64,000 nt of DNA from an uncultured Bacteroidales bacterium (GTDB lineage: Bacteria > Bacteroidota > Bacteroidia > Bacteroidales > Paludibacteraceae), in NCBI GenBank assembly GCA_944321155.1, contig CALUKG010000001.1:4283-68282 (forward strand), written 5' to 3'. The translations under genes were made by a program, and so were the position numbers. The notes below the pieces were generated by a model that was given only the letters and a program-made list of their open reading frames with translations, did no database searches and had not been told where the DNA came from. Every line of letters begins with the position of its first letter. Within the stretch, counting starts at the first letter, position 1. Shown piece after piece: positions 31,822 through 44,031 of the stretch.

Positions 31822-31998
31822 TCAATCTACTATCTTTACCAAATGGTGCACTTTTTTTACCATGCCCATAATTTGCGGTGTAGCTTCATGCTCTACAACA
31901 GCATTCATTTTTTTCAAGCCCAATGCAGCCATTGTTCTTTTTTGGTCAACTGGGCACTTAATAATGCTCTTTACTTGTTGTATTTTAATAGTTGCCAT
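31822..31998 (-). CDS. rpmD: 50S ribosomal protein L30
   Basis: MATIKIQQVKS... (58 aa). The ORF track starts 2 codons earlier (ATG 32004), and the start choice is ambiguous. Confidence 0.9.
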   Translation of the reverse strand: MATIKIQQVKSIIKCPVDQKRTMAALGLKKMNAVVEHEATPQIMGMVKKVHHLVKIVD

Positions 31999-32009
31999 AT
32001 TCAAAAGTT

Positions 32010-32531
32010 TTATCCATTAAACACTACGTCCAACGAAACACCTCTGTTTTGAGCTACTGTACGAGCATCACGCAATTCACTTAAAGCTAACATTGTAGCT
32101 TTAACCAGATTATGAGGGTTTGAAGAACCTTTTGATTTTGCCAAAACGTCGGTAATACCAACACTTTCAAGAACGGCACGCATAGCACCACCAGCTTTTA
32201 CGCCAGTACCATGAGATGCTGGTTGCAAATAAACTTTTGCTCCTCCAAATTTAGCATATTGTTCGTGTGGGATAGTTCCTTTGATTACCGGCACTTTGAT
32301 AAGGTTTTTCTTGGCAGCTTCAGTTCCCTTAGCAATAGCTGCGGTAACTTCGCTTGCTTTACCTAATCCCCATCCGATTACACCTTCTTCAGATCCTACC
32401 ACAACAATAGCAGAGAAACTAAAAGTACGGCCACCTTTTGTTACTTTAGTAACACGATTAACGGCTACCAATCTATCTTTAAGTTCTAAATCACTAGTTG
32501 ATTTTACTCTATTCATATTATTTGTCGCCAT
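32010..32531 (-). CDS. rpsE: 30S ribosomal protein S5
   Basis: 173 aa. [23 protein letters not shown]. Confidence 0.97.
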   Translation of the reverse strand: MATNNMNRVKSTSDLELKDRLVAVNRVTKVTKGGRTFSFSAIVVVGSEEGVIGWGLGKASEVTAAIAKGTEAAKKNLIKVPVIKGTIPHEQYAKFGGAKVYLQPASHGTGVKAGGAMRAVLESVGITDVLAKSKGSSNPHNLVKATMLALSELRDARTVAQNRGVSLDVVFNG

Positions 32532-32536
32532 ACTAA

Positions 32537-32881
32537 TTAAAATTTAAGACCGGCTTCGCGTGCAGCATCTGCCAATTGTTTAACTCTACCGTGATACAAA
32601 TAGCCGTTACGGTCAAATACTACTTCCGTAATACCAGCAGCCTTAGCGTTTTGAGCAACCAAAGCACCTACTTTCGCAGCTTGCTCAGTTTTTGTCATTT
32701 TATCCTTGATGCCCAAAGAAGAGGCAGAAGCCAACGTTTTTCCTTGTACGTCATCAATGATTTGGGCATAGATTTGACAGTTGCTACGGAACACTGTCAA
32801 ACGTGGTTTTTGAGCTGTACCCGAAATTTTGCTTCGAATATAAGCTTTTATTTTGAGTCTTCTTGCTATTTTCTTATTCAT
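32537..32881 (-). CDS. rplR: 50S ribosomal protein L18
   Basis: 114 aa. [19 protein letters not shown]...[26 protein letters not shown]. Confidence 0.97.
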   Translation of the reverse strand: MNKKIARRLKIKAYIRSKISGTAQKPRLTVFRSNCQIYAQIIDDVQGKTLASASSLGIKDKMTKTEQAAKVGALVAQNAKAAGITEVVFDRNGYLYHGRVKQLADAAREAGLKF

Positions 32882-32898
32882 AAGTCTTCTTTTTAAAA

Positions 32899-33450
32899 TT
32901 ATTTACCTGCAGACTTGCCTGCCTTGCGACGAAGAACTTCACCCTGGAACTTAACGCCCTTACCTTTATAAGGTTCAGGTTTACGGAATGAACGAATCTT
33001 TGCGCACACTTGGCCGAGCAATTGTTTATCACAACTTTCAAGTATAACGATAGGATTTTGGTTACGTTCGCTCTTTGTTTCCACTTTAATTTCTTTAGGC
33101 AAGCCCAAATAGATTGGGTGAGTATAACCTAAAGCGAACTCAAGGACTTGACCTTGGTTAGAAACACGATAACCTACACCTACCAACTCAAGAACTTTCT
33201 TATAGCCTTCAGATACTCCGACAACCATATTATGAATCAAAGCACGATATAAACCATGCATTGCTCTATTTTCCTTTTCATCGTTAGGACGGCTAACTTT
33301 GCAAACATTTCCTTCAACTTCCACATTGATATTGCCGTTGATTGTTTGTTGCAATTCGCCTTTAGGACCTTTTACAGTCACTAGATTATCTTTTACGACA
33401 ACAGTAACTCCTGCTGGAATATTAATCGGTAATTTTCCTATTCTTGACAT
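32899..33450 (-). CDS. rplF: 50S ribosomal protein L6
   Basis: 183 aa. [17 protein letters not shown]... Confidence 0.97.
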   Translation of the reverse strand: MSRIGKLPINIPAGVTVVVKDNLVTVKGPKGELQQTINGNINVEVEGNVCKVSRPNDEKENRAMHGLYRALIHNMVVGVSEGYKKVLELVGVGYRVSNQGQVLEFALGYTHPIYLGLPKEIKVETKSERNQNPIVILESCDKQLLGQVCAKIRSFRKPEPYKGKGVKFQGEVLRRKAGKSAGK

Positions 33451-33465
33451 AACTCAATCCTCCTA

Positions 33466-33861
33466 TTAATAAACGTAACAAATAACTTCACCACCAATCT
33501 TAAGGTCAAGAGCCTCTTTATTGGTCATAACTCCTTTTGAAGTCGAAAGAATAGCAATACCTAATCCATTGAGCACGCGTGGCATCTCACGATATCCCAC
33601 ATAGCGGCGCAAACCAGGAGTTGAAACTCTCAGTAATTTCTTAATTGAGTTTACTTTGTTGACAGGATCATACTTCAAAGCAATCTTGATGATGCCTTGA
33701 CGTCCGTCTTCAACAAACTTGTAATTAAGGATATATCCTTTTTCAAACAATATCCTTGTAATTTCTTTTTTCAAATTAGATGCGGGAACTTCAACAACGC
33801 GATGGTTGGCTTTAATAGCATTCCGCAATCTTGTTAAATAATCAGCTATTGGATCAGTCAT
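33466..33861 (-). CDS. rpsH: 30S ribosomal protein S8
   Basis: 131 aa. MTDPIADYLTRLRNA... Confidence 0.97.
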   Translation of the reverse strand: MTDPIADYLTRLRNAIKANHRVVEVPASNLKKEITRILFEKGYILNYKFVEDGRQGIIKIALKYDPVNKVNSIKKLLRVSTPGLRRYVGYREMPRVLNGLGIAILSTSKGVMTNKEALDLKIGGEVICYVY

Positions 33862-33916
33862 AAAAAAATGAATTAAATTAATCCCGACATGCAGGACAAT
33901 ATTTAGTACTTTAATT

Positions 33917-34186
33917 TTACCAGCTTGCTTTTTTAACTCCTGGGATTAAACCTTTAGATGCCATTTCGCGGAACTGGATACGTGAGATTCCAAATTGACG
34001 CATATAACCTTTAGGACGTCCAGTTATTTTGCAGCGATTGTGCAAACGTACTGGAGATGCGTTTTTGGGTAGCAATTGCAAAGCTTCGTAATTTCCTTCA
34101 CTCAACAATTTTGCTCTTTTTGCCGCATATTTGGCTACAAGCTTAGCTCGCTTTACTTCACGAGCCTTCATTGATTCTTTTGCCAT
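33917..34186 (-). CDS. rpsN: 30S ribosomal protein S14
   Basis: 89 aa. ...[28 protein letters not shown]... Confidence 0.96.
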   Translation of the reverse strand: MAKESMKAREVKRAKLVAKYAAKRAKLLSEGNYEALQLLPKNASPVRLHNRCKITGRPKGYMRQFGISRIQFREMASKGLIPGVKKASW

Positions 34187-34205
34187 TGTAAACTGCTTCT
34201 TTTAA

Positions 34206-34748
34206 TTATTTCTTAAACGGTAAACCAAATTCTTTCAACAATGCGAATCCCTCTTCATCAGTGTTAGCTGTGGTAACAAACGTGATATTCATACCCATGA
34301 GTTTGGTGATAGCGTCAATGTTAATTTCAGGAAAGATGATTTGTTCTTCAATACCTAATGTATAGTTACCGCGTCCATCCATCTTGCTATTGATACCTTT
34401 GAAGTCGCGGATACGAGGCAAAGCGACACGTACCAAACGTTCAAGGAATTCGTACATTCTATCACCTCTTAAAGTTACGCGTACACCGATAGGCATTTTT
34501 TTACGCAACTTGAAGTTAGAAATATCTTTTCTAGAAACAGTAGCCACCGCTTTTTGTCCTGCAATGGTAGTCATTTCATTCAAAGCTATTTCAATAATCT
34601 TTTTATCAGCAACAGCGCTGCCCAAACCTTGGTTAAGGACGATTTTTTCCAGTTTCGGGGCTTGCATAATTGTGCTGTACCCGAACTCTTTCATCAAAAT
34701 AGGAACAATACGCTCCTTGTAATCTTGTTTTAAACTTGCTGTATTCAT
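34206..34748 (-). CDS. rplE: 50S ribosomal protein L5
   Basis: 180 aa. Position in the spc operon and the family pattern ([13 protein letters not shown]). Confidence 0.97.
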   Translation of the reverse strand: MNTASLKQDYKERIVPILMKEFGYSTIMQAPKLEKIVLNQGLGSAVADKKIIEIALNEMTTIAGQKAVATVSRKDISNFKLRKKMPIGVRVTLRGDRMYEFLERLVRVALPRIRDFKGINSKMDGRGNYTLGIEEQIIFPEINIDAITKLMGMNITFVTTANTDEEGFALLKEFGLPFKK

Positions 34749-34751
34749 TTG

Positions 34752-35063
34752 TTAGATTTCTTGACCAGTTTTCTTAGAAATACGCACCAATTTACCTTCT
34801 GCATTACGTACGCGTCCTATTCTCACAGGGCGTCCGTTTTCAACAGGATTCAAATTAGAGATATGAATAGGTGCCTCTTGTTTAACGATTCCACCTTGTG
34901 GATTCTTTGCGTTAGGCTTGGTACTTTTTGATACCATATTGATACCTTCAACGATAGCGCGTTGCTTCTTTACAATAACCTCAAGCACACGTCCCGTTTT
35001 ACCTTTGTCAACACCTGCATTAACAAAAACGGTATCACCTTTTTTAATATGTAATTTACTCAT
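34752..35063 (-). CDS. rplX: 50S ribosomal protein L24
   Basis: 103 aa. [26 protein letters not shown] (KOW motif). Confidence 0.97.
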   Translation of the reverse strand: MSKLHIKKGDTVFVNAGVDKGKTGRVLEVIVKKQRAIVEGINMVSKSTKPNAKNPQGGIVKQEAPIHISNLNPVENGRPVRIGRVRNAEGKLVRISKKTGQEI

Positions 35064-35084
35064 TGTTGTTTAGCTATTTATAAA

Positions 35085-35450
35085 TTAGAGCACTTCAGGT
35101 GCAAGAGATATTAATTTCATATTAGTTGCACGCAATTCGCGGGCTACCGGTCCGAAGATACGGCTTCCTCTGATTTCACCTGCATTGTTTAACAACACAC
35201 AAGCATTATCATCAAAACGGATGTATGAGCCATCTGGTCTGCGAACTTCTTTCTTAACACGAACTACGACAGCCTTAGAAACCGTACCTTTTTTCAGATC
35301 GCTGGATGGGATAACGCTTTTAACTGTTACGACGATAATATCGCCCAGAGTTGCATAGCGTTTTCCAGTACCACCCAAGACACGAATACAAAGTGCTTCT
35401 TTAGCGCCACTGTTATCCGCAACTATAAGTCTTGATTCTTGTTGTATCAT
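35085..35450 (-). CDS. rplN: 50S ribosomal protein L14
   Basis: 121 aa. [27 protein letters not shown]. Confidence 0.98.
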   Translation of the reverse strand: MIQQESRLIVADNSGAKEALCIRVLGGTGKRYATLGDIIVVTVKSVIPSSDLKKGTVSKAVVVRVKKEVRRPDGSYIRFDDNACVLLNNAGEIRGSRIFGPVARELRATNMKLISLAPEVL

Positions 35451-35452
35451 AA

Positions 35453-35710
35453 TTACTTAACTCTCTCTATAATTTGAACTAATCTCCATCTTTTTGTTTT
35501 GCTCAAAGGACGGGTTTCCATGATGCGAACCGTATCTCCGATATTGCATTCATTTTTCTCGTCATGAGCATGGTATTTCTTTGTTTTATTAACAAACTTA
35601 CCATAAATCGGGTGTTTTTCCTTCCACTTCACAGCTACGGTAATGGTTTTATCCATTTTATTGCTGAAAACCACACCCACTCTTTCTTTTCTTAAGTTTC
35701 TAGTTTCCAT
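35453..35710 (-). CDS. rpsQ: 30S ribosomal protein S17
   Basis: 85 aa. [21 protein letters not shown]... Confidence 0.97.
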   Translation of the reverse strand: METRNLRKERVGVVFSNKMDKTITVAVKWKEKHPIYGKFVNKTKKYHAHDEKNECNIGDTVRIMETRPLSKTKRWRLVQIIERVK

Positions 35711-35723
35711 TCAGGTTCAAAGT

Positions 35724-35918
35724 TTATTGATTAATTTCTCTTTGACGCAATTCAGTTGCAAGGCGTGCAATTGTTTTACGTGCACTACGCAATTGCATAG
35801 GATTCTCTAGCGGAGAAATGGAATGATTTAACTTCATACGAACCAAGTTTTCCTTTTCAGCGCTTAAGCGCTCACGGATTTCTTGGGTGGTTAATTCTTT
35901 TATTTCGCTACTTTTCAT
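35724..35918 (-). CDS. rpmC: 50S ribosomal protein L29
   Basis: The start is taken at MKSSEIKELTTQEIRERL (ATG 35918), just after the rplP stop. The ORF-track extension to 35945 would overlap rplP. Confidence 0.9.
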   Translation of the reverse strand: MKSSEIKELTTQEIRERLSAEKENLVRMKLNHSISPLENPMQLRSARKTIARLATELRQREINQ

Positions 35919-35922
35919 ATTA

Positions 35923-36354
35923 CTATACATTTTGAGTTGGATCATAATCGCGTCTTACAACAAATTTTGTTGTTACAGGCAATTTTTGAGCAGCTAATCT
36001 CAATGCTTCCTTAGCAATCTCAAATGGAACGCCTTCCACTTCAATAATCATACGACCTGGAGTTACAGGAGCCACAAAACCTTCTGGTGAACCTTTACCT
36101 TTACCCATACGTACTTCTGCAGGTTTTTTGGTAATAGGCTTATCCGGGAATACGCGAATCCAAATTTGACCTTGTCTCTGCATATAACGAGTAACAGCAA
36201 CACGGGCAGCTTCAATCTGGCGTCCTGTCAACCATTTAGACTGCAGGGACTTGATGCCGAAAGATCCGAAAGCCAATTGATTACCGCGTTGTGCGATACC
36301 CTTCATACGACCCTTCTGCTGTCTTCTGAATTTTGTTTTTTTCGGTTGTAACAT
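35923..36354 (-). CDS. rplP: 50S ribosomal protein L16
   Basis: 143 aa. [19 protein letters not shown]... Confidence 0.98.
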   Translation of the reverse strand: MLQPKKTKFRRQQKGRMKGIAQRGNQLAFGSFGIKSLQSKWLTGRQIEAARVAVTRYMQRQGQIWIRVFPDKPITKKPAEVRMGKGKGSPEGFVAPVTPGRMIIEVEGVPFEIAKEALRLAAQKLPVTTKFVVRRDYDPTQNV

Positions 36355-36384
36355 AATTACTTAATCTCTCAATCAGTTAAACAG

Positions 36385-37107
36385 TTATTTTTTTCTTCTT
36401 CTGAAACCCTTGTCACCGCCTTGACGACGTTCAGATCGTCCTTCATTTTTAGCAGCAACAAAAGATGGAGCTAAATCGCGTTTTCCGTAAACTTCACCGC
36501 GGCAAATCCAAACCTTGATACCAATGATACCAACTTTTGTCAAAGCCTCAGCGTGAGCATAATCGATATCAGCTCTTAGAGTATGCAAAGGGGTACGTCC
36601 TTCTTTGTACATTTCAGAGCGGGCCATCTCAGCTCCATTGAGACGTCCGGAAACCATCACCTTAATGCCTTCTGCTCCCATACGCATCGTTGATGCGATA
36701 GCTGTTTTAACAGCACGACGGTAAGCGATTTTTCCTTCAATCTGGCGAGCGATATTGTTAGCAACAATAACAGCATCCAATTCAGGACGTTTTACCTCAG
36801 AAATATTAATCTGAACATCCTTGTCTGTTATTTTCTTCAGCTCCTCTTTCAATTTGTCAACTTCTTGTCCACCCTTTCCGATGATGAAACCGGGGCGAGC
36901 AGTGCAGACAGTAATAGTTACAAGTTTAAGAGTACGTTCGATTACAATACGAGAAATACTAGCTTTAGCAAGACGGGCTTCCAAATATTTTCTGATTTTG
37001 CTATCTTCCAACAATGTATCTCCGTAGTTTTTTCCGCCATACCAATTGGAATCCCATCCTCTGATAATTCCCAAGCGGTTACTAATTGGATTAATTTTCT
37101 GTCCCAT
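36385..37107 (-). CDS. rpsC: 30S ribosomal protein S3
   Basis: 240 aa. [25 protein letters not shown]; KH domain. Confidence 0.98.
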   Translation of the reverse strand: MGQKINPISNRLGIIRGWDSNWYGGKNYGDTLLEDSKIRKYLEARLAKASISRIVIERTLKLVTITVCTARPGFIIGKGGQEVDKLKEELKKITDKDVQINISEVKRPELDAVIVANNIARQIEGKIAYRRAVKTAIASTMRMGAEGIKVMVSGRLNGAEMARSEMYKEGRTPLHTLRADIDYAHAEALTKVGIIGIKVWICRGEVYGKRDLAPSFVAAKNEGRSERRQGGDKGFRRRKK

Positions 37108-37114
37108 CGATCAA

Positions 37115-37525
37115 TTAATTTTGAGTATCGTTAGTATTTTTCGTATCTACAAATATAGTAACGTGGTTAGAACGTTTACGAATGCGGTAACCGCGTCCTT
37201 GAGGAGCAGTACGCAAACGTTTTAACGTAGAAGCAGCGTCAACATAGACTGCACTTACATAGAGAGTAGCAGAGTCCGCTTTTTGTTCTGTTTTAGTTTC
37301 CCAGTTTGCGATTGCCGATCTTAAGAGTTTCTCCATTCTTACAGAAGCTTCCTTGGTAGAGAATTTCAACACTCCAAGTGCTTTGTTAACTTCCATACCA
37401 CGAATCAGGTCTGCAAGCAAACGCATTTTGCGAGGAGATGTCGGCACGTCATTTAGCTTAGCAAAGTAGAGGCTCTTCCGAGCTTCTTTTCTTGCATCAG
37501 CTGATATTTTTTTTCTAGCACCCAT
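37115..37525 (-). CDS. rplV: 50S ribosomal protein L22
   Basis: 136 aa. Position between rpsS and rpsC; ...[18 protein letters not shown]. Confidence 0.96.
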   Translation of the reverse strand: MGARKKISADARKEARKSLYFAKLNDVPTSPRKMRLLADLIRGMEVNKALGVLKFSTKEASVRMEKLLRSAIANWETKTEQKADSATLYVSAVYVDAASTLKRLRTAPQGRGYRIRKRSNHVTIFVDTKNTNDTQN

Positions 37526-37567
37526 GTCTATTTTATTTCTTTTATTTTTCGATTAAACTTTAATGGA

Positions 37568-37834
37568 TCATTTTTTCTTTCCACCATGGCCTCTAAAGAT
37601 ACGTGTAGGTGCGAATTCACCCAACTTGTGTCCAACCATGTTTTCGGTTACATAAACAGGAATGAATTTATTTCCATTATGAACTGCAATTGTATGACCA
37701 ACAAAATCAGGCGAAATCATTGAAGCTCGAGCCCATGTCTTCACCACGGATTTTTTACCGCTTTCATTCATGGCCAAAACTTTCTTCTCAAGTTTCAGAT
37801 TAATGTATGGTCCTTTTTTAAGTGAACGACTCAT
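37568..37834 (-). CDS. rpsS: 30S ribosomal protein S19
   Basis: 88 aa. [15 protein letters not shown]...[27 protein letters not shown]. Confidence 0.98.
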   Translation of the reverse strand: MSRSLKKGPYINLKLEKKVLAMNESGKKSVVKTWARASMISPDFVGHTIAVHNGNKFIPVYVTENMVGHKLGEFAPTRIFRGHGGKKK

Positions 37835-37856
37835 ATTAGTTATTTAGTTTTGTCGA

Positions 37857-38681
37857 TTATTTTTTTCTTCTCTCAATAATATAACGGCTAGATTGTTTTT
37901 TAGGAGCTCTAGTCTTATAGCCCTTAGCCAACAAGCCTTTACGTGAACGTGGATGTCCACCGGAAGCACGTCCTTCACCACCACCCATTGGGTGATCAAC
38001 AGGGTTCATAGCAACAGCTCTCACGCGTGGGCGACGTCCCAACCAACGAGAACGGCCAGCCTTACCAGATTTTTCCAAAGCGTGGTCTGAATTGCCTACG
38101 CTTCCAACTGTGGCTCTACAAGCGCACAACACTTTTCTTATCTCTCCTGAAGGCAATTTAATGATTGCATACTTGTCCTCACGAGAGGTCAGTTGCGCGA
38201 AAGTGCCTGCCGAACGAACCATAGCAGCTCCTTGACCCGGTCTAAGCTCGATGTTGTGGATGATTGTGCCGAGAGGTACATTTTGCAAAGGCAAAGCGTT
38301 ACCCACTTCGGGCGCCACATCATTCCCCGACAAAACAGTCTGTCCAACTTTCAGTCCATTAGGTGCTAGAATATATCTCTTTTCACCATCAGCATAAAAC
38401 AACAATGCGATACGAGCCGAACGGTTCGGATCATATTCGATTGTTTTTACTACAGCTGGAACACCATCTTTGTTTCGTTTAAAATCAATTACTCTAAATT
38501 TTCTCTTGTGACCACCGCCAATATAGCGCATAGTCATTTTTCCGGCATGGTTACGACCACCGGTCTTTGCAACGCCGAAAACAAGAGATTTCTCTGGCGC
38601 GCTGGCAGTAATTGTGTCGAATGCGCCAATAATCTTGTGTCTCTGCCCTGGTGTTGAGGGCTTTAGTTTACGTACAGCCAT
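37857..38681 (-). CDS. rplB: 50S ribosomal protein L2
   Basis: 274 aa. [16 protein letters not shown]...; [14 protein letters not shown]. Confidence 0.98.
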   Translation of the reverse strand: MAVRKLKPSTPGQRHKIIGAFDTITASAPEKSLVFGVAKTGGRNHAGKMTMRYIGGGHKRKFRVIDFKRNKDGVPAVVKTIEYDPNRSARIALLFYADGEKRYILAPNGLKVGQTVLSGNDVAPEVGNALPLQNVPLGTIIHNIELRPGQGAAMVRSAGTFAQLTSREDKYAIIKLPSGEIRKVLCACRATVGSVGNSDHALEKSGKAGRSRWLGRRPRVRAVAMNPVDHPMGGGEGRASGGHPRSRKGLLAKGYKTRAPKKQSSRYIIERRKK

Positions 38682-38688
38682 TTCTTAA

Positions 38689-38979
38689 TTAAATATTGCT
38701 ATAAAAATCAATTTGTTCTCCTTCTTTCAATGTAACAATAGCTTTTTTGTAAGCACTTGTTTTTCCATTAATTACGCCGCTACGCGTATAGCGCGATTTA
38801 ACTTTCGGCGCAACAATCATAGTATTTACGCTTACCACCGTTACATTATACATAGCTTCAACAGCTTCCTTTATTTGGATTTTATTTGCGTTTTTATCAA
38901 CACGAAAACCATAGCGATTCAATTTTTCGCTAAGGCCTGTCATTTTCTCCGTTACTATCGGTTTTATTATTATTGCCAT
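38689..38979 (-). CDS. rplW: 50S ribosomal protein L23
   Basis: 96 aa. Position between rplD and rplB, and family pattern. Confidence 0.96.
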   Translation of the reverse strand: MAIIIKPIVTEKMTGLSEKLNRYGFRVDKNANKIQIKEAVEAMYNVTVVSVNTMIVAPKVKSRYTRSGVINGKTSAYKKAIVTLKEGEQIDFYSNI

Positions 38980-38993
38980 ATCAAAAAACCTCC

Positions 38994-39623
38994 TTACACA
39001 TTAAATATTTGGTCAATTGCGGCAACCGATTCTTCTGTCAAGATGACAGCCTTTGCATTCATAATTGAATAAGTGCTTAATTCAGAAGCGGTTAACACAT
39101 TTACTTGTTTTAAATTTCGAGCTGACAAATATACGTTTTTATTTGCACTTCCTAAAATTATTAACGTTTTTTTGCCATCCAGTTTCAGAGCACTTTCCAA
39201 AGCCAAAATATTTTTTGTTTTAGGTGCTTCAAAAGACAAGTTGTCCACTACAACAATTTCCCCGTTTTGAGCTTTGTAAGAGAAAGCCGACTTGCGAGCC
39301 AATCGTTTTACTTTCTTGTTCAACTTGAAAGAATAGTCGCGTGGAACGGGTCCGAAGATGCGTCCACCACCTACTCTAACTGGAGATTTGATGTCACCCG
39401 GACGTGCACCTCCACCTCCTTTTTGGCGTCCTAACTTACGCGTACTACCTGCAATTTCGCTACGTGCCTTTGCTTTATGTGTTCCTTGACGTTGATTTGC
39501 CAAATATTGTTTTACGTCCAAATAAATGGCATGATCATTCGGTTCAATACCGAAAATAGCATCGTTCAACAGTACTTTTCTTCCTGTATCTTCACCTTTG
39601 ATGTTATATATACTCAGTTCCAT
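38994..39623 (-). CDS. rplD: 50S ribosomal protein L4
   Basis: 209 aa. ...[31 protein letters not shown]. Confidence 0.97.
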   Translation of the reverse strand: MELSIYNIKGEDTGRKVLLNDAIFGIEPNDHAIYLDVKQYLANQRQGTHKAKARSEIAGSTRKLGRQKGGGGARPGDIKSPVRVGGGRIFGPVPRDYSFKLNKKVKRLARKSAFSYKAQNGEIVVVDNLSFEAPKTKNILALESALKLDGKKTLIILGSANKNVYLSARNLKQVNVLTASELSTYSIMNAKAVILTEESVAAIDQIFNV

Positions 39624-39624
39624 T

Positions 39625-40242
39625 TTATTTGTTTATAATGACGATTGAATTTTTAGCTCCCGGAACAGAACCCTTAACGAGAAGCAAGTTATGTTCTGGT
39701 ATAACTTTAAGAATTAAAAGATTTTGTACAGTAACCTGATTTCCACCTGTACGTCCTGCCATACGCATACCTTTGAAAACGCGTGATGGGAAAGAAGAAG
39801 CTCCCAAAGAACCTGGTGCACGCAAGCGGTTGTGCTGACCGTGAGTAGACTGTCCTACACCACCGAAGCCATGACGTTTAACAACACCTTGGAAACCTTT
39901 ACCTTTAGAAGTACCTATAACATCTACATAGGTATTCTCTTCAAACAACTCTACAGTAATCTTATCTCCCAATTTGACATCTTCTCCGAAGCTATCAAAT
40001 TCAGACAGATAACGTAATGGCTCTACACCAGCAGCTTTAAAGTGTCCAGCCTCTGCCTTGGTTGTATGTTTTTCTTTTTTAGGTTGGAAACCTACTTGAA
40101 CAGCTGAATATCCATCATTCTCGACGGTCTTCAACTGTGTAACGACACAAGGACCAGCCTCAATAACAGTGCATGGAACATTTTTACCATCGGCACTGAA
40201 AACGGAAGTCATTCCGATTTTTTTTCCTAATAATCCTGGCAT
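39625..40242 (-). CDS. rplC: 50S ribosomal protein L3
   Basis: 205 aa. [15 protein letters not shown]...; [10 protein letters not shown]. Confidence 0.98.
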   Translation of the reverse strand: MPGLLGKKIGMTSVFSADGKNVPCTVIEAGPCVVTQLKTVENDGYSAVQVGFQPKKEKHTTKAEAGHFKAAGVEPLRYLSEFDSFGEDVKLGDKITVELFEENTYVDVIGTSKGKGFQGVVKRHGFGGVGQSTHGQHNRLRAPGSLGASSFPSRVFKGMRMAGRTGGNQVTVQNLLILKVIPEHNLLLVKGSVPGAKNSIVIINK

Positions 40243-40305
40243 TTTATTGTAATTTATGGGGATGCGGTTTTTCCGTATAGCCCCGGTTGATAAAAAAAGA
40301 TGTTA

Positions 40306-40611
40306 CTATACTTTGATTTCTACTTCAACACCACTAGCGAGTTCCAGTTTCATTAAAGCTTCAACAGTCTTGCTGTTTGAGCTGTAGATGTCAATCAGAC
40401 GTTTGTAAGAAGACAATTCGAACTGCTCACGTGATTTCTTATTAACGAAAGTAGAACGGTTTACAGTAAAAATACGTTTGTGTGTTGGGAGAGGTATTGG
40501 ACCACTTACAACAGCACCAGTAGCTTTTACAGTTTTCACAATTTTCTCAGCTGATTTGTCAACCAAGTTGTGATCGTAAGATTTTAATTTAATGCGAATT
40601 TTTTGACTCAT
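40306..40611 (-). CDS. rpsJ: 30S ribosomal protein S10
   Basis: 101 aa. [25 protein letters not shown]... Confidence 0.98.
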   Translation of the reverse strand: MSQKIRIKLKSYDHNLVDKSAEKIVKTVKATGAVVSGPIPLPTHKRIFTVNRSTFVNKKSREQFELSSYKRLIDIYSSNSKTVEALMKLELASGVEVEIKV

Positions 40612-40699
40612 GTCAGTAATTAATTAATACAATGAATATATAAATCCCGGGTCACTGGTTAAGAGTCATTTGCTAATCAATGACCCCAGGATAATTATT

Positions 40700-42817
40700 T
40701 TAGAGCAAATCTACACGTCCTTTTACTTCAGTAAGTACTGCCTTAGCAATTGCAGTAGAAACTTCAGCATAGTGAGAGAATTCCATTGAAGATGTTGCAC
40801 GGCCTGATGTAATTGTACGCAAAGCCGTTACATATCCGAATGTTTCTGCCAATGGAACTTTTGCCTTAACGATGCGGGCACCCGTACGGCTTGTTTCCAT
40901 TCCTTCCACTTGGCCACGACGTTTGTTCAAGTCGCCAATAACATCACCCATATTTTCTTCTGGAGTAACAACTTCCATCTTCATAATAGGTTCCATCAGA
41001 ACAGGACGGGCTTTTGCGCAAGCGTTCTTGAAGGCCATCTGAGCACAGATTTCAAAAGAAAGCTGGTCAGAGTCAACTGGGTGATAAGAACCATCCAATA
41101 CGGTTACTTTAAGAGTATCCAATGGGAATCCTGCCAATACACCAGTTTTCATGGCTGCCTGGAAACCTTTTTGGATAGATGGAATATATTCCTTAGGAAT
41201 GTTACCACCCTTAACCACATCAACAAATTGGAGTGAGCCTTCAAAGTCCGGATCAACTGGTTCAACACGCACAATCATGTCTGCGAATTTACCACGACCA
41301 CCAGACTGTTTCTTGTACACTTCACGCAATTCAACAGGTTGAGTGATTGCTTCACGATAAGCAACTTGTGGGCGTCCTTGGTTACATTCTACCTTAAACT
41401 CACGTTTCAAACGGTCGATAATAATTTCCAAGTGCAACTCACCCATACCGCTAATAACCGTTTGACCAGTCTGTTCGTCTGTACGTACGGTAAATGTTGG
41501 GTCTTCTTCAGCCAACTTACTCAAACCGAGTCCCAATTTATCCAAGTCCTTTTGAGTTTTTGGTTCAACAGAGATACCAATTACAGGATCTGGGAAGTCA
41601 ATTGATTCCAATACGATTTGGTGTTCTTCGCTACACAATGTATCACCCGTACGGATATCTTTAAATCCAACACCAGCACCTATATCACCTGCAGAAATCA
41701 CATCAACAGGGTTCTGTTTATTAGAGTGCATTTGGAAAATACGAGAAATACGTTCTTTTTTAGCTGAACGAGTATTATATACATATGATCCAGCTTCCAA
41801 CTTACCAGAATAAACACGGAAGAAGCAGAGACGTCCTACATATGGGTCTGTCGCAATCTTGAATGCCAAAGCACACAAAGGTTCGTCTTCACTTGGATGA
41901 CGGATAATCTGCTTTTCTTCATCTTTAGGATCCTTACCGATAATTTCAGGTGTATCAAGAGGACTAGGCAAATATGCACAAACTGCATCCAACATAGTTT
42001 GAACACCTTTATTCTTAAATGAAGAACCACAAATCATCGGTGTGATTGCCATAGACAATGTACCCTTGCGGATAGCAGCCTTGATTTCATCTTCTGTAAT
42101 GGTTGATGGATCATCGAAGAATTTTTCCATAACAACATCATCACATTCAGCCACTGTTTCCAGCATCTTCATACGCCATTCTTCAGCTTCGCTTTGCAAA
42201 TCAGCTGGAATTTCTTCAATAGAATATTCAGCACCCATTGTCTCATCATGCCAAAGAATAGCCTTCATTTTGATAAGGTCAACTACACCTTTAAATGTTT
42301 CTTCTGCTCCGATAGGAATTTGAATCGGACATGGATGAGCGCCAAGCACTTCTTTCACCTGACGAACCACTTCGAAGAAATCTGCACCCGAACGGTCCAT
42401 TTTATTTACATAACCGATACGAGGTACATTGTATTTATCAGCCTGACGCCAAACAGTTTCTGATTGAGGCTCAACACCACCAACAGCACAGAAAGTCGCC
42501 ACAGCACCATCCAAGATACGCAAAGAGCGTTCTACTTCGACAGTAAAGTCAACGTGCCCCGGAGTGTCAATCAAGTTGATTTTATATTTATTGTTCAGAT
42601 AATTCCAATACGTTGTAGTAGCAGCAGAAGTAATAGTGATACCACGCTCCTGTTCCTGCTCCATCCAGTCCATGGTCGCTGCACCATCGTGCACCTCACC
42701 AATTTTGTGTGTCAGACCAGTATAGAACAAAATACGTTCAGAAGTAGTCGTTTTACCGGCATCGATATGCGCCATGATACCGATATTTCTCGTAAAATGT
42801 AAATCGTGTTTTGCCAT
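40700..42817 (-). CDS. fusA: elongation factor G
   Basis: 705 aa. [28 protein letters not shown]. Confidence 0.98.
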   Translation of the reverse strand: MAKHDLHFTRNIGIMAHIDAGKTTTSERILFYTGLTHKIGEVHDGAATMDWMEQEQERGITITSAATTTYWNYLNNKYKINLIDTPGHVDFTVEVERSLRILDGAVATFCAVGGVEPQSETVWRQADKYNVPRIGYVNKMDRSGADFFEVVRQVKEVLGAHPCPIQIPIGAEETFKGVVDLIKMKAILWHDETMGAEYSIEEIPADLQSEAEEWRMKMLETVAECDDVVMEKFFDDPSTITEDEIKAAIRKGTLSMAITPMICGSSFKNKGVQTMLDAVCAYLPSPLDTPEIIGKDPKDEEKQIIRHPSEDEPLCALAFKIATDPYVGRLCFFRVYSGKLEAGSYVYNTRSAKKERISRIFQMHSNKQNPVDVISAGDIGAGVGFKDIRTGDTLCSEEHQIVLESIDFPDPVIGISVEPKTQKDLDKLGLGLSKLAEEDPTFTVRTDEQTGQTVISGMGELHLEIIIDRLKREFKVECNQGRPQVAYREAITQPVELREVYKKQSGGRGKFADMIVRVEPVDPDFEGSLQFVDVVKGGNIPKEYIPSIQKGFQAAMKTGVLAGFPLDTLKVTVLDGSYHPVDSDQLSFEICAQMAFKNACAKARPVLMEPIMKMEVVTPEENMGDVIGDLNKRRGQVEGMETSRTGARIVKAKVPLAETFGYVTALRTITSGRATSSMEFSHYAEVSTAIAKAVLTEVKGRVDLL

Positions 42818-42837
42818 TTTCTACCTATATTTCAATA

Positions 42838-43314
42838 TTAGAATCTGAAATGAGCGAATGCACGGTTAGCTTCTGCCATACGGTGCATATCTTCTTTACG
42901 TTTGAAAGCACCACCTTGGTTGTTATAAGCATCAACGATTTCAGCAGCCAATTTCTCAGCCATTGAACGACCACCGCGCTTACGTGCGAAAATAATCATA
43001 TTTTTCATTGAGATTGACTCCTTACGATCCGGACGGATTTCTGTAGGAACTTGGAAGGTTGCACCACCTACACGGCGTGATTTAACCTCCACAAGAGGAG
43101 TAATGTTTTCGAGACCTTTCTTGAAGATTTCAAGAGGAGTTTTTTCCTCATTAGGGAGTTTGTTTTTCACCACTTCGAGTGAAGAATAGAAGATATCGAA
43201 AGCAAGACTTTTCTTGCCATCGTACATCAAATGGTTTACAAACTTAGTAACCATCACTTCATTAAACACGGGATCCGGCAAGATCACGCGTTTCTTTGGT
43301 TTTGACTTTCTCAT
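42838..43314 (-). CDS. rpsG: 30S ribosomal protein S7
   Basis: 158 aa. [35 protein letters not shown]. Confidence 0.98.
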   Translation of the reverse strand: MRKSKPKKRVILPDPVFNEVMVTKFVNHLMYDGKKSLAFDIFYSSLEVVKNKLPNEEKTPLEIFKKGLENITPLVEVKSRRVGGATFQVPTEIRPDRKESISMKNMIIFARKRGGRSMAEKLAAEIVDAYNNQGGAFKRKEDMHRMAEANRAFAHFRF

Positions 43315-43443
43315 TTCTGTAAAAATTGATAATAAATTTGGTTGCTACGTTTCTTCAACTGCCACCGCTGTGGACAATTTACTCAACCGATCAACACATT
43401 AAAAATTCTCTCTTCCGCTCTGCGGATGTTAGTTTAGAAAAGC

Positions 43444-43824
43444 TTACTTTTTAGCTTTAGGACGCTTAGCACCGTATTTAGAACGACGTTGCGTACGATT
43501 TGCCACACCGGCAGTATCCAAAGTTCCACGAACCACGTGATAACGTACACCTGGAAGGTCTTTCACACGACCACCACGCACCATCACGATTGAGTGTTCC
43601 TGCAAATTGTGTCCTTCACCCGGGATGTAAGCATTCACTTCCTTTTGGTTGGTCAAACGAACACGTGCAACCTTACGCATAGCCGAATTCGGCTTTTTAG
43701 GAGTAGTAGTGTAAACACGTACACAAACACCACGACGCTGTGGACATGAATCCAAGGCCGGAGACTTACTCTTGTCGATAAGTTCTGCTCTTCCTTTTCT
43801 AACTAATTGTTGAATTGTAGGCAT
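43444..43824 (-). CDS. rpsL: 30S ribosomal protein S12
   Basis: 126 aa. [12 protein letters not shown]...[16 protein letters not shown]... Confidence 0.98.
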   Translation of the reverse strand: MPTIQQLVRKGRAELIDKSKSPALDSCPQRRGVCVRVYTTTPKKPNSAMRKVARVRLTNQKEVNAYIPGEGHNLQEHSIVMVRGGRVKDLPGVRYHVVRGTLDTAGVANRTQRRSKYGAKRPKAKK

Positions 43825-43891
43825 TTTACTTGTTTTTTGTACTTAAATTATTGATTTCTAATTCCATTTGAACCTTACTTCAAACGGGCTG

Positions 43892-43899
43892 CAAAGATA
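43892..43899 (-). promoter_or_regulatory. -7 promoter motif TATCTTTG for the str/S10/spc/alpha supercluster
   Basis: Minus-strand TATCTTTG, 67 nt upstream of the rpsL ATG, with CTTG 20 nt further upstream. Confidence 0.5.
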
Positions 43900-43923
43900 C
43901 GAAAGTTTTTTGGATTATACAAG

Positions 43924-43970
43924 AAAAATCGCCTGTGCTTTTAAGTTATTTCACAAATGCACAAGCGATT
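43924..43970 (-). terminator. rho-independent terminator ending the truA-eamA-hypothetical operon
   Basis: AATCGC-c-TGTGC / GCACA-a-GCGATT stem with a 20-nt loop, followed on the minus strand by TTTTCTTG. Confidence 0.55.
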
Positions 43971-44031
43971 ATACCTAGTAGACAACAAGGGTTTGTCGAA
44001 TGCGAACTAAGACAAAAGTAACATAAGGCAT

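Noticed and set aside
40646-40690. Hairpin (GGGTCA…TGACCC) in the fusA-rpsJ spacer as a possible S10-operon (L4) attenuator
   Set aside because: It has only a 6-bp stem with a 26-nt loop and no U-tract. This is too weak to call without comparative data.
43315-44031. tRNA or other RNA genes in the larger intergenic spacers (also 25158-25315 and 20572-20790)
   Set aside because: No cloverleaf-compatible sequence (no GTTCRANYC T-loop with matching acceptor arms) was found. The hairpins present are explained as terminators.
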